A DNA stretch of 64,000 bases from a virus. A model generated the notes under the pieces. That model saw only the letters and a list, made by a program, of their open reading frames with translations. It did not search any database and was not told where the DNA came from. Each line of letters opens with the position of its first letter. Position 1 is the first letter of the stretch. The stretch covers positions 131,212 through 195,211 of IMG/VR virus record IMGVR_UViG_3300043540_000321, one strand, 5' to 3'. The translations under genes and the position numbers were made by a program. Below are positions 38,753 to 49,850 of this stretch, piece after piece.

Positions 38753-41700
38753 ATGGCAGGACATACTTTAGTCGCGGCAACGCTTTTGACCGTTGCCCTG
38801 GGCACAGGTTCCGTCTCCGACACGTTCAGTGCTACGCCTGGACAGCCGGACTTCTATAAATTGAATCTTCCTTATCAGTCAGCCCTGCAGTTATCCACTA
38901 CAGGGCTGACGGCTAATACGACTCTGAAGTTGCTGGACTCTAGCGGTAATACTATTCAGACCTCTACGGCGACCGCGCCCAGTCTGGGAGGTACGAACAA
39001 CTTCATCATCAACACGTTGGGGGCGGGAACTTACTACTTGGAGATTATTCCTCCAAGCGCTGATGCCAGTACAACGTATACGTTGAACTACAAAGCTAAA
39101 CAGAACTTAGAGTCAGACATTGTCTGGCGGTCTCCGAGTCAGGATAAGGAGTACCGCTGGTACATGAATGGCCTGAGCTTTGTGTCTTCCGTTCAGTTCT
39201 ATCCCTATAGCGTAGGAAGCACCTGGTATGTCTTGACCACAGGGTCATTCGACCTGGATGGAGTTCCGGATATCGTTTGGGCTAATACCAGCACTTCCAA
39301 CTTCGTGATCTGGTTCATGAATAGGGATATGACGGTCAAAAGTTCTCAGTACATTGTAGATACGAACAACAACCCCATCGTTGTAGGAACTCCCTGGTTT
39401 CTAGAGGGGGCGGCAGACTTCAACTACGACGGTCTCTCAGACCTCGTTTGGTACAACAACTCAACCGGGCAGATTAACATCTGGTATCTCAATGGCAACA
39501 AGTATTCGTCCTACGGTACGGTATCAACTACAGTAGGCAGTCCTTCCCAGTGGTTGATGCAAGGTGGTGCTGGAGACATGAACGGGGATAATAAACCCGA
39601 CCTGATCTGGAAGAACACCACAACCGGTGCGGGCACTATCTGGCTGCTGAACGGTCTGACTTACAGCACCTTTACCAGTCTGCCAACCATTGCCGACCTG
39701 AACTGGTCGATGAACGGTAACGCCGACTTCACTCAGGACGGAAAGACTGACATCCTCTGGCACAATAGCTCTACCGGCCAGAACGTAGTCTGGACTATGA
39801 ACGGCACCAGCTACGTGTCCTCAACCTATATTCAGACCTCAGGTGACACGAGCTACTACGCTCGAGCACCTTATCTCTTTGAGAACGGGTCACCTCTGAA
39901 CTACGACCTGGCGGCTGCCAGCACAGCGAGCGCTCCTACGATCGCGGCTGACCTTGTAACGGCAGGCAATCAACTTATCCTCGGTTCGGTCGGCAATACC
40001 TTCGAGTACTACAAGATCGGTAACGCTTCTGGATATACGGTAGACATTAATGCCACCCTGACCGCCGCCGCCGGAATCACTGTTCAGGTAGTTGATGCCA
40101 ACGGCAACGTGATCAATAACAACCCCACGCTGTCTACAACTGCGGCTTGGAATATCCCCGCCGCAACTACTACCTACTACCTCAAAGTCACGGGCTCTGG
40201 ATTAAGTGGGACGACCAACTACAAAATCGCTCTGGCTCCAGTAAGAGGGCAGGTTCAGTTACTGAGCAATATAAACCCTGGAACCTCTGGTCTGGACTTT
40301 GCTGCAACTGCCATTCTCAATGGAACAGAAGTTGCCCTAGCCAGCGGAGTGGGTGCTGAGGGTATCTGGACAATCTCAGCTAATGGAACACCGACTAAGG
40401 TGAACTCCACGGTAGTCCCGACCTACCCCTACCAGCTCGTTCCTATGGGTAGCAAGCTGTACTTTGCAGGTTACGACCCAAACAACGCGACGACTCAGGG
40501 TGTTGAGGTCTACTCCTTCGATGGCACTACTGTCAACCGGATCAGCAATATCGGGAATGGGAACGATGCCAACCCTTCTGACTTCGCTGTACTGAGCAAT
40601 ACTCTTTACTTCGCAGCGACTGATGGTTCAGCCAACAACAACGTAGGGACTGAACTTTATAAGTACGACGGCACATCAGTCAACTTGGTGAAGGACATCA
40701 ACTCCGGCACCGGAAGTTCCAATCCGTCTTATCTAACAGTCATTGGATCGAAGATTGTCTTCGGGGCTGATGATGGTTCTCATGGAAATGAGCCCTGGGT
40801 CACCGATGGCACTGGTGCGAACACATCTTTACTCAAGGATGTTTACGCAGGCAGCACCAATAGCGTGCCGAACGCCTCCAACCCCGGACCGTTCGTTGCC
40901 TTCGCCTCGAAGCTCTACTTCCAGGCGACCGACTCTACCAACCCAGGTGGACTGTGGACGACCGATGGCACCACGGCAAACACCTCTCTGGTTGCGAGCA
41001 CCGATGGCACTGCTCCTTACGGTCTGACTCCTTCCAGCGATGGTACCAAGTTGTTCTTTGCCTCGACTGGTGTGAGTGATGGTACAGAGCCTCGCTACAT
41101 CTCTAGTGGTGCTCCAACCACCGTGGCAACAGTAGCCGACATTTACACGGGTGCGAACAGTTCCTACCCATCGTCGTTCTCGCCTGCTGGTGCGACCAAT
41201 GAAGTGTTCTTCACCGCCTCTCCAGATGGGACGAACAACCGCACTTACCGCTCGACTGGGTCAGGCGCGACTCAAGTGTCCTCCAGCCTGCTCAATGGGT
41301 ATGGCTACACCAACTTCAACAGTAACGTTTACTTTACTGCGACGGATAACTCGACCGGGTATCAGGTCTACTACACTCCAGTAGCAGGCGGTGCCGCTAC
41401 GAAGCTCACAAGCTTCAATGGCAACACTGACTCCTACCCTTACGGGTTCACTCCTGTGACTCTGAGTGGTAGCAACTACTTGCAGTTCATGGCACTGTCA
41501 AATGCCGCCGGGTTCGAGAGTCACTCGATCAACACCTCTAATGCTGTTGATAGTCTGGCCGGAGACAACCAGGATACGAACACCACGGTAGCGAACTACC
41601 CGGTCTTCCAGTCGGATTCAAACCTGGATACGACCAACCCTGCGTTTCAGAGAACGGTGAAGGCTGGAGGATATGAGTTCTTCGTGGGCTACGGTCAAGA

Positions 41701-43867
41701 CTACGGTTACGAACTCTTCTTCACAGATGGAACAACCTTGAAGGTGGTTGACATCAACCGAGGCATCAACAGTTCCAACCCTTCATCGCTGGCTGAACTT
41801 AGCGGGCAGGTACTCTTCTCTGCTGATGATGGCAGTGGTACCGGAGCGGAGCTATGGAGATTCGACCCTGTAGCTGGGAAGGCCACGCTGGTTGCTGACC
41901 TGAACACAACCACTGGAGTAGGTTCTAACCCAACCGCCTTGGTCAACACCTACACCGTTACAGCAGATGCGATGCAGTACGACCTGGATATGACGGGTAC
42001 GGGTTCAGATACTCCGAAGCCTACGATCGCTACGCAGCCCATCCTCTTCTTCGCGGCCTTAGACACGAATGGTCATACCAACGTCTACACCCTGACCTCT
42101 CCTTCTGGAACTCCGACGCTTGTTAAGACGATTAACACGACGGGCGACCCGGTTCTCGACGCTCAGGGTCAAGGGCTGTACTACTTCGTTGCGACGGACG
42201 GTACTCATGGGTACGAAATGTGGAGGTCCGATGGCACCTCTGCTGGGACCATTATGCTGGCGGATATCAACTCCGGATCTGGAGACTCCTTCCCTTACGG
42301 GATGATGCCCGCTGAGGCGAACTGGTACTACGACGATAGGCCCTCTCCTAATGCGACAGTTCCATCTACCTATGTGATTCAGCCGGTAGGTAAAACCACA
42401 GTAGGGACTGGGATGCAGTTCTTCGCCTTTGATGGAACTAGCACTAAGCTCTATTTAACAGACGGGTACGCACCAACGACCACCTTGTCGACACTGGCAC
42501 CTCCAGCCGGAATAAGTGAGACGGAAGGGTTCTTCACCACACCGACGGCTGGTATCTACAAGCTCCCGACGACAACTCCCGGAGCGTTTGAAAGTGCCGT
42601 TGGCCTCAACGGATACCAAATCGGTCAGAACATCGCGGTCGAAGAGGATAAAACCATACAGGGTATACCCCCAGCCCCTGGTAGTAGCGAGCAGCCCTTC
42701 AACTGGACGCCCGTACCTAACGGTTCTCCAGCCGGCACCTACACTCTTAGAGTGTATGACAGGTATGTTCTGCAAGTTTGTAATTCGGGAGCACCTTGTT
42801 CATACGAGTCCTACCCGAACACTTACACAGACTATTCCCTTCCGATCGGGGCTCAGATAGTAGAGACTTCTAACGTTGCCTCAAACCTTCCTACCAACTT
42901 CTTTGAGTCCAATGGGGCTGGTATCAAGGACCCGAATACAGGTGTAATCACATCGATAACTAATGGTTCGTCCTATAGTTTCAGGTACACCTCTCCCGCT
43001 AATTGGAGCCAAATTACCGCGGTAGTAATGGGAGAAATGGTAGTCCTTTACAACGGACAACCAATTAACCCGCCCAACCCAAATCCTTACAAACCTTACC
43101 CAGGAGTGCCTCAGGGAAGATTTGCTCCAATTCCCAATTTGCCAGTGCCTACTCAGTCTGGAGTCCCTGACCCGAACACCACTCCATCAATGTGGGCACC
43201 TCTTACCACACCACCGTCAAGTCTCGTGCCTAACTATCCTCCAAAGACTGTTAAGCACACGAAGGTAGTAATGACTCTCATTCCTACCTACCTAGACTCG
43301 ACAACTGGGTTTGAGCCCTATCTCATCTACTCCGGTAACTTCTTCGGAGACCCTTACAACGAGTACGGGACAGGGGCGATCGCACAGAGTAACACCATCG
43401 CGTTCAACGTCAAGAAATTTGACCTAGACGCAACAGCCGGAAACGGTTCGGGTGCTATCCCCTCGATCGTTCTTAAGGACTCTAGCGGCAACCAGTACGA
43501 GTTGATTTCAGCCACGACTGCTGCGAACGGAAACGAACCTTACGTTCTGTATGTCCCAGCGGACACCAACTTTACCAACGTTGACTCGAAGGTAACGTTG
43601 ACTCTTCTGAGCGATATCGTCTCCGGTTCGGGCAGTTCGAACCCCCGATTCTTTGTTCCCAACTCCAACAACCAGACCGGCTACTTCGTAGTCGACACGG
43701 CTAACGGAACTCAGATCTGGAGTACGAACGGAACGGCTGGAGGAACAGGGCTCGTTCAGTCGGTGAGTAACATCATCTACATGGATAAGCTCGGCAGCAA
43801 CCTGATGGTCTGGACGTATGACTCGGTTAACCGGGTGTTCAACGTCCAGAAGATAGCTGCAAGCTAA
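38753..43867 (+). CDS. 1704-aa surface/adhesin-like protein: PPC-like domain, FG-GAP repeats, ELWxxDGT repeats, Pro-rich insert
   Basis: DFYKLNL...LKLLDSSG...GTYYLEI (PPC); DFNYDGLSDLVW, DMNGDNKPDLIW, DFTQDGKTDILW (FG-GAP); GTELYKYDGT, GNEPWVTDGT, GYELFFTDGT, GYEMWRSDGT. Confidence 0.9.
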   Translation: MAGHTLVAATLLTVALGTGSVSDTFSATPGQPDFYKLNLPYQSALQLSTTGLTANTTLKLLDSSGNTIQTSTATAPSLGGTNNFIINTLGAGTYYLEIIPPSADASTTYTLNYKAKQNLESDIVWRSPSQDKEYRWYMNGLSFVSSVQFYPYSVGSTWYVLTTGSFDLDGVPDIVWANTSTSNFVIWFMNRDMTVKSSQYIVDTNNNPIVVGTPWFLEGAADFNYDGLSDLVWYNNSTGQINIWYLNGNKYSSYGTVSTTVGSPSQWLMQGGAGDMNGDNKPDLIWKNTTTGAGTIWLLNGLTYSTFTSLPTIADLNWSMNGNADFTQDGKTDILWHNSSTGQNVVWTMNGTSYVSSTYIQTSGDTSYYARAPYLFENGSPLNYDLAAASTASAPTIAADLVTAGNQLILGSVGNTFEYYKIGNASGYTVDINATLTAAAGITVQVVDANGNVINNNPTLSTTAAWNIPAATTTYYLKVTGSGLSGTTNYKIALAPVRGQVQLLSNINPGTSGLDFAATAILNGTEVALASGVGAEGIWTISANGTPTKVNSTVVPTYPYQLVPMGSKLYFAGYDPNNATTQGVEVYSFDGTTVNRISNIGNGNDANPSDFAVLSNTLYFAATDGSANNNVGTELYKYDGTSVNLVKDINSGTGSSNPSYLTVIGSKIVFGADDGSHGNEPWVTDGTGANTSLLKDVYAGSTNSVPNASNPGPFVAFASKLYFQATDSTNPGGLWTTDGTTANTSLVASTDGTAPYGLTPSSDGTKLFFASTGVSDGTEPRYISSGAPTTVATVADIYTGANSSYPSSFSPAGATNEVFFTASPDGTNNRTYRSTGSGATQVSSSLLNGYGYTNFNSNVYFTATDNSTGYQVYYTPVAGGAATKLTSFNGNTDSYPYGFTPVTLSGSNYLQFMALSNAAGFESHSINTSNAVDSLAGDNQDTNTTVANYPVFQSDSNLDTTNPAFQRTVKAGGYEFFVGYGQDYGYELFFTDGTTLKVVDINRGINSSNPSSLAELSGQVLFSADDGSGTGAELWRFDPVAGKATLVADLNTTTGVGSNPTALVNTYTVTADAMQYDLDMTGTGSDTPKPTIATQPILFFAALDTNGHTNVYTLTSPSGTPTLVKTINTTGDPVLDAQGQGLYYFVATDGTHGYEMWRSDGTSAGTIMLADINSGSGDSFPYGMMPAEANWYYDDRPSPNATVPSTYVIQPVGKTTVGTGMQFFAFDGTSTKLYLTDGYAPTTTLSTLAPPAGISETEGFFTTPTAGIYKLPTTTPGAFESAVGLNGYQIGQNIAVEEDKTIQGIPPAPGSSEQPFNWTPVPNGSPAGTYTLRVYDRYVLQVCNSGAPCSYESYPNTYTDYSLPIGAQIVETSNVASNLPTNFFESNGAGIKDPNTGVITSITNGSSYSFRYTSPANWSQITAVVMGEMVVLYNGQPINPPNPNPYKPYPGVPQGRFAPIPNLPVPTQSGVPDPNTTPSMWAPLTTPPSSLVPNYPPKTVKHTKVVMTLIPTYLDSTTGFEPYLIYSGNFFGDPYNEYGTGAIAQSNTIAFNVKKFDLDATAGNGSGAIPSIVLKDSSGNQYELISATTAANGNEPYVLYVPADTNFTNVDSKVTLTLLSDIVSGSGSSNPRFFVPNSNNQTGYFVVDTANGTQIWSTNGTAGGTGLVQSVSNIIYMDKLGSNLMVWTYDSVNRVFNVQKIAAS

Positions 43868-43876
43868 CTCTCAAAG

Positions 43877-43906
43877 GAAGAGAGGTGACACTCGTCACCT
43901 CTCTTC
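43877..43906 (+). terminator. Hairpin terminator
   Basis: GAAGAGAGGTGAC-ACTC-GTCACCTCTCTTC. Confidence 0.75.
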
Positions 43907-43948
43907 TTGCATGTTAGGTTGGTTCTGTTCTTTACGAGTCAACCTAAC

Positions 43949-44320
43949 ATGCTCCCAATCCTCTTAGCTCTCCAACTCGCACAGACCCCAGTAACTCCAG
44001 TCATTACTCCTGTGGACCCTACGCCGGTTCTTTCTACAGGCCCAGTACCACTTGTTACACCTGCTCCAACACCTTTTCCTCTCACAGATACACCCGTTAT
44101 TCCTTCTACGACAACTTCTTGTGTCAGTCCAGGAGAGATACTTTACCCTCGTCAAGATTGGACGCCCGGACAGTCTCTCTTAGAGGCCCCTGTCTGCCTT
44201 CCAACACAAAAGCGATCGAAGGAGGACCCGGTTGACCTCTATCTTAGGATTCGAAATGAAACTCCAAGTGTTTGTCAGACCTCTCCTCTGCCTATTTGTC
44301 ATCCTGTCAGTTCTCACTAG
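43949..44320 (+). CDS. Pro/Thr-rich secreted protein
   Basis: MLPILLALQLAQTPVTPV..., low-complexity, three to four Cys. Confidence 0.55.
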   Translation: MLPILLALQLAQTPVTPVITPVDPTPVLSTGPVPLVTPAPTPFPLTDTPVIPSTTTSCVSPGEILYPRQDWTPGQSLLEAPVCLPTQKRSKEDPVDLYLRIRNETPSVCQTSPLPICHPVSSH

Positions 44321-44909
44321 TCCGTACGCGGCTATTGCCGGAAATGCCGACCTGAATGGAACACTTAGTACCACTAACTTATTTGTAGGGTCAGCGCAAA
44401 TTGGAAGGATGAGTTGTGAAAATCTCTTTTTTGTCGACTCTACCCTCAAAAATTATGTCCCCAAGTCCCAGGCGGCATACATCGTTAGATTAGGAACGAT
44501 ATCTATTAGAGGCAACTCGAGCTTAACCGCCTATACTGACCCTGAAACTAATATCTTTGGAGTCTCTGTCAATGACCCAAGGGTTAAGAAGGACTCTTCA
44601 GTTGCTGACCCGTCTGCGGAAGAGCTAGATAGAAAGCTTCAGGCGTATGTCTCGACAATAAGTCTATTGGGTGCTCAGAAGTTACCTGAGTCGGAAGCAC
44701 CAACGATCAAATTGAAAGCCTTTTATAAAGACGCTAGGAACAACATCTACCCGATCTCTATCTATCAGGGAGTAACTCCTCCAGACGGGGTTTCAACTCT
44801 TTCCTGCCCGATAGGAGACCCTCCTGATGGGGGACACAAGCCCGGACCCAGTCTTCCTACTGACTGGCCGACGTACAGATCTCAGAGGTTCAATTACGTC
44901 TTCAACTGA
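44256..44909 (+). CDS. Secreted two-Cys family protein
   Basis: Signal peptide ...PYAAIA; IGRMSC and STLSC are the only mature Cys; terminator at 44963-44991. Confidence 0.7.
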   Translation: MKLQVFVRPLLCLFVILSVLTSPYAAIAGNADLNGTLSTTNLFVGSAQIGRMSCENLFFVDSTLKNYVPKSQAAYIVRLGTISIRGNSSLTAYTDPETNIFGVSVNDPRVKKDSSVADPSAEELDRKLQAYVSTISLLGAQKLPESEAPTIKLKAFYKDARNNIYPISIYQGVTPPDGVSTLSCPIGDPPDGGHKPGPSLPTDWPTYRSQRFNYVFN

Positions 44910-45199
44910 TTTTGTCCTTTCATCAGGAGACTTATATCGCCTGAGAAGATAGTCAGCTAACTCCCGCGAGCTAGTGTCTCGCGGGTTTTTTAATGTAATT
45001 TCTAGTCTAAAATCGACATCTATGAATCTTATCCTCCACTCATAGAGGCAGACATCCATGAACAATCGACTCCTCACCCAAATTATTAAAACGATCGCAC
45101 TATGCCCTGTGTCGGAACTCCGATCTCTGGGAACAAAGGTTCGCCTGGAGTTCTTTCTACACGGCGTCACAAACAGAGTTAACCTCGAAGAAAACTATC

Positions 45200-47304
45200 G
45201 TGCCCAAGCCGCCCGACACCATCATGGAAACTAATTACGAACTTGTAATCGAAGCGACTTTAACAACACAGCAAGTGCCCGTCGCAATTCGAGGACTACC
45301 CGAACCCTTTAGGGTGTCTCAAGCCTATCCGTCCGAGCGACGAACCGGAAAGCTCTGTTACTGTTCAGAGTTGCACCTACCGGAGCCGGACAGGAGTATT
45401 ATCACAGCTCTCTTCAACGATGCTGGAAAGTCCTGGGTTCCGTTATGGTCTATTGGGATCAACACATTCCGACCGGAGGTACAGATCCTATTCGCCCGGC
45501 TAAGGTCGGAGGGGTTTGATTACGTCGTCTTTCTCCCCTCGCTCCAGACCTATTCTGATTTCACAGCCTTTCCCGAAGGCGAGCCGCTCAATTGCGAAGA
45601 AAAGACAAGGATCTGCGAACGCCTGATGCAACAGGAACAATCCTACGATTGAGAGGACACCTTCAATCTGCATCAAGATGGATTACCGAGACGAGTTCCT
45701 GAATTTGTTACACGACCCAGACGAGTGTGTCGACCGTATGAATGAGGCGATCGACAATCGGGATGTCGAGGACTTCCTCAGTCTGTTTGACGACATTAGT
45801 GAGGTGAACGGATGCACCTTCCCTCAACTTACTGAAGAAGGTGTCCGAGGACTCTTTGAATTTGTTAATGACCTGAACCTCCTGGGCATGACCTTGATGA
45901 TCTTGCCTTATGAGAGAACGGTCGTGATCGATGCGCTAGAATAACTTAAGCCGAATAGGCACGCTAAAAATACACCTCGGAAGGGCACCTCTACAGGTGC
46001 CTTTTGTCTATGCCAGATACTTACGTCTATAATGGCGTCCGCCGTTACGCAGCGGACTGGGCGCGAGAGCTAAACATTTCAGTCCAAGCGTTCCACTACC
46101 GGTGGAAGCAATTTGAGATGGGTAATAAGGAACTGGATCAAGTGTTCAAACCCAATCCGGTTCGAGACCGTCTCCTCTACCCAGTAGAGAAGGATTTACT
46201 AGCGGCCGTCGCGGAAGGAAACACCATTCAGGCCGCCGCAGAGATTGTAGGAGTGACCTATAACGTAGCGCGGCACTGCCTGGAGGAAGCTGAGAAGAGA
46301 CTGACCCATCCCGTGGCGATCGCGATCCCCACGGCATGGGTATATTGACTACACACTATTTGAACTTGGAGATTAATAAATGCCCGAAGAATTCAAAATC
46401 AAGATTGGAAGTTCCGTCAAATGGACTTCTCAGGTAGCCGGCAACTATACAGAAAAAGAAGGGATTGTGCGAGCGTATCTACCGTCTAGGTCGGGTGGAG
46501 CTGCAGTACTTCAGTTCTTCAAAACCTACTACGTGGGCGACATCACCGATAAGAAACTTCAGAAGTTGATGAAGAACTTTCAAGGGAACTCGGTGTACGA
46601 TCGCTACCTGGTAGAGGTATCTCGAATTAATAAAAGGACTGGAGCCATTTTGGAATCAGCCTGGTACGCACCTAATAAAGGTGTGATTGAATCCCAGAAC
46701 AATGTTTGAACGGTTCGAACTATGCCGCAAGTAACTGTGCCCGATTGGGCGATCGAACAATTAATTGAGTTCGCTGACGAGCGGATCGATGAAGGGGCCG
46801 CAGAAGAAATTCTGACCAGTTTGATTACCGAAGGCGAGGTTAGACTGGACAATAATGCGCGAAACCTCATTATGGATGTCGACTGGGCGATCCTTTTGAG
46901 TGAGGTGAACAAATACATAGTCGAGTGTTAGTATAAGTCGGAAGACGTTCCGGTGTTTTTATATGACGACCAAGTTCTATGCGATCGCGTTACAAGTTGT
47001 AGCCAACCAGCTCTCTCAGCTCGACCTGATCTTCGTGCCTAGCCAAGACTCAGAAGATATGTCTGCATCAGACCTCGCTTTTGCAAGGGCGAAAGATTTT
47101 GTGAACAAGAGATACGGTTACAACGCCTTCATCAACAGTTTCACAATGGCTGAGCTGACCCCGGACTTTATTTTCTCTGCTGCTAACCAGATAACAGCGG
47201 AGCAGCAATCGAGTGAGAGTGAGAGCAGCGGCGAGAGTAAAAACGGGGCACGCTCTGCTCTCGAACTGGTCCTTGAATCTAAATCTGCCCCACCTTTGGA
47301 GTAA
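45200..47304 (+). other. Run of hypothetical genes
   Basis: ORFs 45200-45652, 45678-45944 (weak addiction-antidote-like), 46004-46348 (two HTH-like segments), 46380-46709, 46722-46931 and 46963-47304. Confidence 0.6.
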
Positions 47305-47306
47305 TT

Positions 47307-47504
47307 ATGGATAAGCCAATCGAACTGACTTTAGAACAGCAATTTACACTTGCATCATTCGAGACCGAAGTCAAAAAGATGTCGGAACAGCAGGCCAAGG
47401 ATTTCTTGGTTAAGCTCCACCAGCAAATGGTCATTAGGGAGGAGTATTACAAGCACTTCCTCCGCCATTCTTGGGGATTGGAGCCTGGACCTCGATTCAA
47501 GTAA
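47307..47504 (+). CDS. nblA: Phycobilisome degradation protein NblA
   Basis: PIELTLEQQF...KMSEQQAKDFLVKLHQQMVIREEYYKHFLRHSWGL matches the NblA pattern. Confidence 0.95.
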   Translation: MDKPIELTLEQQFTLASFETEVKKMSEQQAKDFLVKLHQQMVIREEYYKHFLRHSWGLEPGPRFK

Positions 47505-47561
47505 ACCCTGTCATCGTCTATCCTGGAGGCGCGGTGAATATTCACCGCGCCTCATTGTTGT

Positions 47562-48483
47562 ATGGGAGGAACCATGCGCCAAATACATCTAATATTCAAA
47601 ACCTTCATGGGGTTTTTTCGAGTCCTGGCTCCAATCGGAATCGTATTCAGCCTTATTATTCGAGGGTCTCTTCAAGATGCTGTTGTCGTAGCTCTGTTGA
47701 TATCGATCGGAATGACAATCTGGTGCTGTGCGCCCTGGATCAGACGAAAGATTGACGAGGCAATCGGCGCACTTATCGATCGCCTGCTGGACATCTATCG
47801 GGGTAGTTAATCCCAGTCATTGTCGTTTCAGCCGAAACGAATTAAGCTGGATCAAATGTTTTCAAAACAGAAAGAATTGTGACTGCTATTTACGACCAAG
47901 TAGGGAAACAAACAAGACTTGTTCAGTTTCTTAAGCCCATTAGCTCAAAAGAAACCTGGGCTCACCAGGACTATTTGAAGAAGTTGAGAAGGTACAGGTG
48001 GACTATCCACAAAAAACTCACCTGTCCTTACAGTGACCTGTACATTTTGTTTCTAGGAGAAACAAACGATGATTATTAAAACACCCCTGCGTCCACACCC
48101 GGACTTCAGATTTCTACATACGCTTAAGATAGTAACGTGGCAACTTCTAATTGCCTGCTGTGTCTTTGGTTGGTGCGATCGGAGTTACGATTGGTACCGC
48201 CACTGGCGACAAGTGGGTCCCTCTATAGTCATTGCTCAGTTCTTCACTGTCTTATTTTTTACCGCCGGCCTCGCTATTCTTAAGCCGAAAGATGGACGTG
48301 ATTCTTAGATTTCTGAGGAAGAACCTCGCCGCCATTATCGTGATCGCCTTGGCGATGGTCTTCGCCGCTATTCTTGGAGTGCTTGTGCAAGTCTTAACCG
48401 ATAACCCTTTCCTACCTCCTATTCTTGGGGTAGCGATCGGACTTGGAGCGGGCGCATTAGCCACGATGATGGATTCTCATTAG
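47562..48483 (+). other. Small membrane and hypothetical genes
   Basis: ORFs 47562-47810, 47879-48079, 48069-48308 and ~48291-48483, mostly 2-TM. Confidence 0.55.
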
Positions 48484-48540
48484 CCTGGATTTATTAAATC
48501 CAGGTGGTAAACAACAAGGTGCAATTGCAAGGAGGGACTA

Positions 48541-49479
48541 ATGGATAGTCCTTATTTTTTGGTGTTCGGACCTTTCGGCTCCCAGTCGGAATTTCATTTA
48601 CGACCTGCCAAGTCCAGTTGGACGGTAGGGCGAGGAAAGAAGTGTGACCTTCAGTTGAGGGAGAGTGATAAAGTATCGCGTTCCCATTTAATAATCAATC
48701 GAGTGTACCCCGGAGAAGATATCTTTCGTGTGACTGACCTGGGTTCAACTAATGGAACTCTCTGTGCGATTAATGTGAACGGCGTTACTAAAACCCGACC
48801 TCTCACCGCAGCCAAAATGCTACGCGCAGGCGACCGCCTTCACATCGGGGAGTATACACTTCAGTTCGTACACAGTCTAGACCGCGAAGACGAGGAGGGG
48901 ACCGTCTGTGGTGATGATCCAGGGACTGAAATTCATCATCTCGATCGCATCGTGACGACCTTGATGGTGGACATCAGAGGCTACTCGCAGCTCTGCATCA
49001 CCGTTGCTCCCGATATTATGGACAAGTTGATGGACGAATGGATCTCTACTTTGGGAGAGATCGTTCAGGCGAACGGCTCTACCATCGATAAGTTCATTGG
49101 GGACGCGGTTATGTCCGGATGGGTTCACCCTCCCAATAAACCCGCGACCCTCGACTCAGCCCTTAATGCTCTTCGCCAGATTGTTAAGGCTACTCAAGCC
49201 ATCGGTCAGAAGTACGAGGTCAATCTCCGGATAGGTGCGGGCATCTCGACCGGACGAGCCAAAGTTGGGTTCTATGGAGAGCAGGATTATACAGCGATGG
49301 GTGACGCTATCAACCTGGCTGAGCGCTTGGAGAAGGCGACAAAAGAACTGGGTAGCAACGTCTGCATCTGCGAAGCGTCTTACGAGGTCTCAGACCTTCT
49401 CAAACTTCGCAGAGCAACTATCGTGGTCAAAGGTATTGGGCAGGTGACATGCTGGCACGGAATGTTCGACGACATCTAA
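48541..49479 (+). CDS. FHA-domain class III (IIIb-type) adenylyl cyclase
   Basis: FHA: VGRG...VSRSH...DLGSTNGT; cyclase: MVDIRGYS, IDKFIGDAVM, YTAMGDAINLAERLE. Confidence 0.9.
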   Translation: MDSPYFLVFGPFGSQSEFHLRPAKSSWTVGRGKKCDLQLRESDKVSRSHLIINRVYPGEDIFRVTDLGSTNGTLCAINVNGVTKTRPLTAAKMLRAGDRLHIGEYTLQFVHSLDREDEEGTVCGDDPGTEIHHLDRIVTTLMVDIRGYSQLCITVAPDIMDKLMDEWISTLGEIVQANGSTIDKFIGDAVMSGWVHPPNKPATLDSALNALRQIVKATQAIGQKYEVNLRIGAGISTGRAKVGFYGEQDYTAMGDAINLAERLEKATKELGSNVCICEASYEVSDLLKLRRATIVVKGIGQVTCWHGMFDDI

Positions 49480-49850
49480 CTGACAACACCCCGTGACTTC
49501 TAGCCACGGGGTTCTTTAGGTTATCGGTTTCTCCCCCAGGCTCTCGCACGAAGCTACAGCATCCTGGGTCTTAAAATCTTCCCCTAAAGCTTTCGAGACG
49601 ACCCTCTCCGACGCAGCGTTGTCACTACGTTGACAAACCATCGGTTTGCCGATTGAAGATTGGTTATAGCGCGTGGTCGCCTGTTGCCAAGCCGTCATCA
49701 GGATGGTGTCCCAACCTTGACCCCAGACTTGACTGGCTAGAGTCGCATTGAAACAGGCGGTTTCAAGATCCACAAATTGACCCAAGAATCCGCTAAACAG
49801 ATCCCGTTGGGAAATAATGCCGCACTCACAGCGATGCACTCGCATACTGA
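49480..49850 (-). mobile_element. 3' fragment of tnpB with right end (same family as 30108-31658)
   Basis: RVHRCECG...QRDLFSGFL; end hairpin ACCCCGTGGCTAGAAGTCACGGGGT then GTTGTCAG. Confidence 0.85.

Noticed and set aside
44793-45170. Minus-strand ORF crossing the 44963 terminator
   Set aside because: Overlaps the 3' end of a better-supported gene and its terminator; no motif
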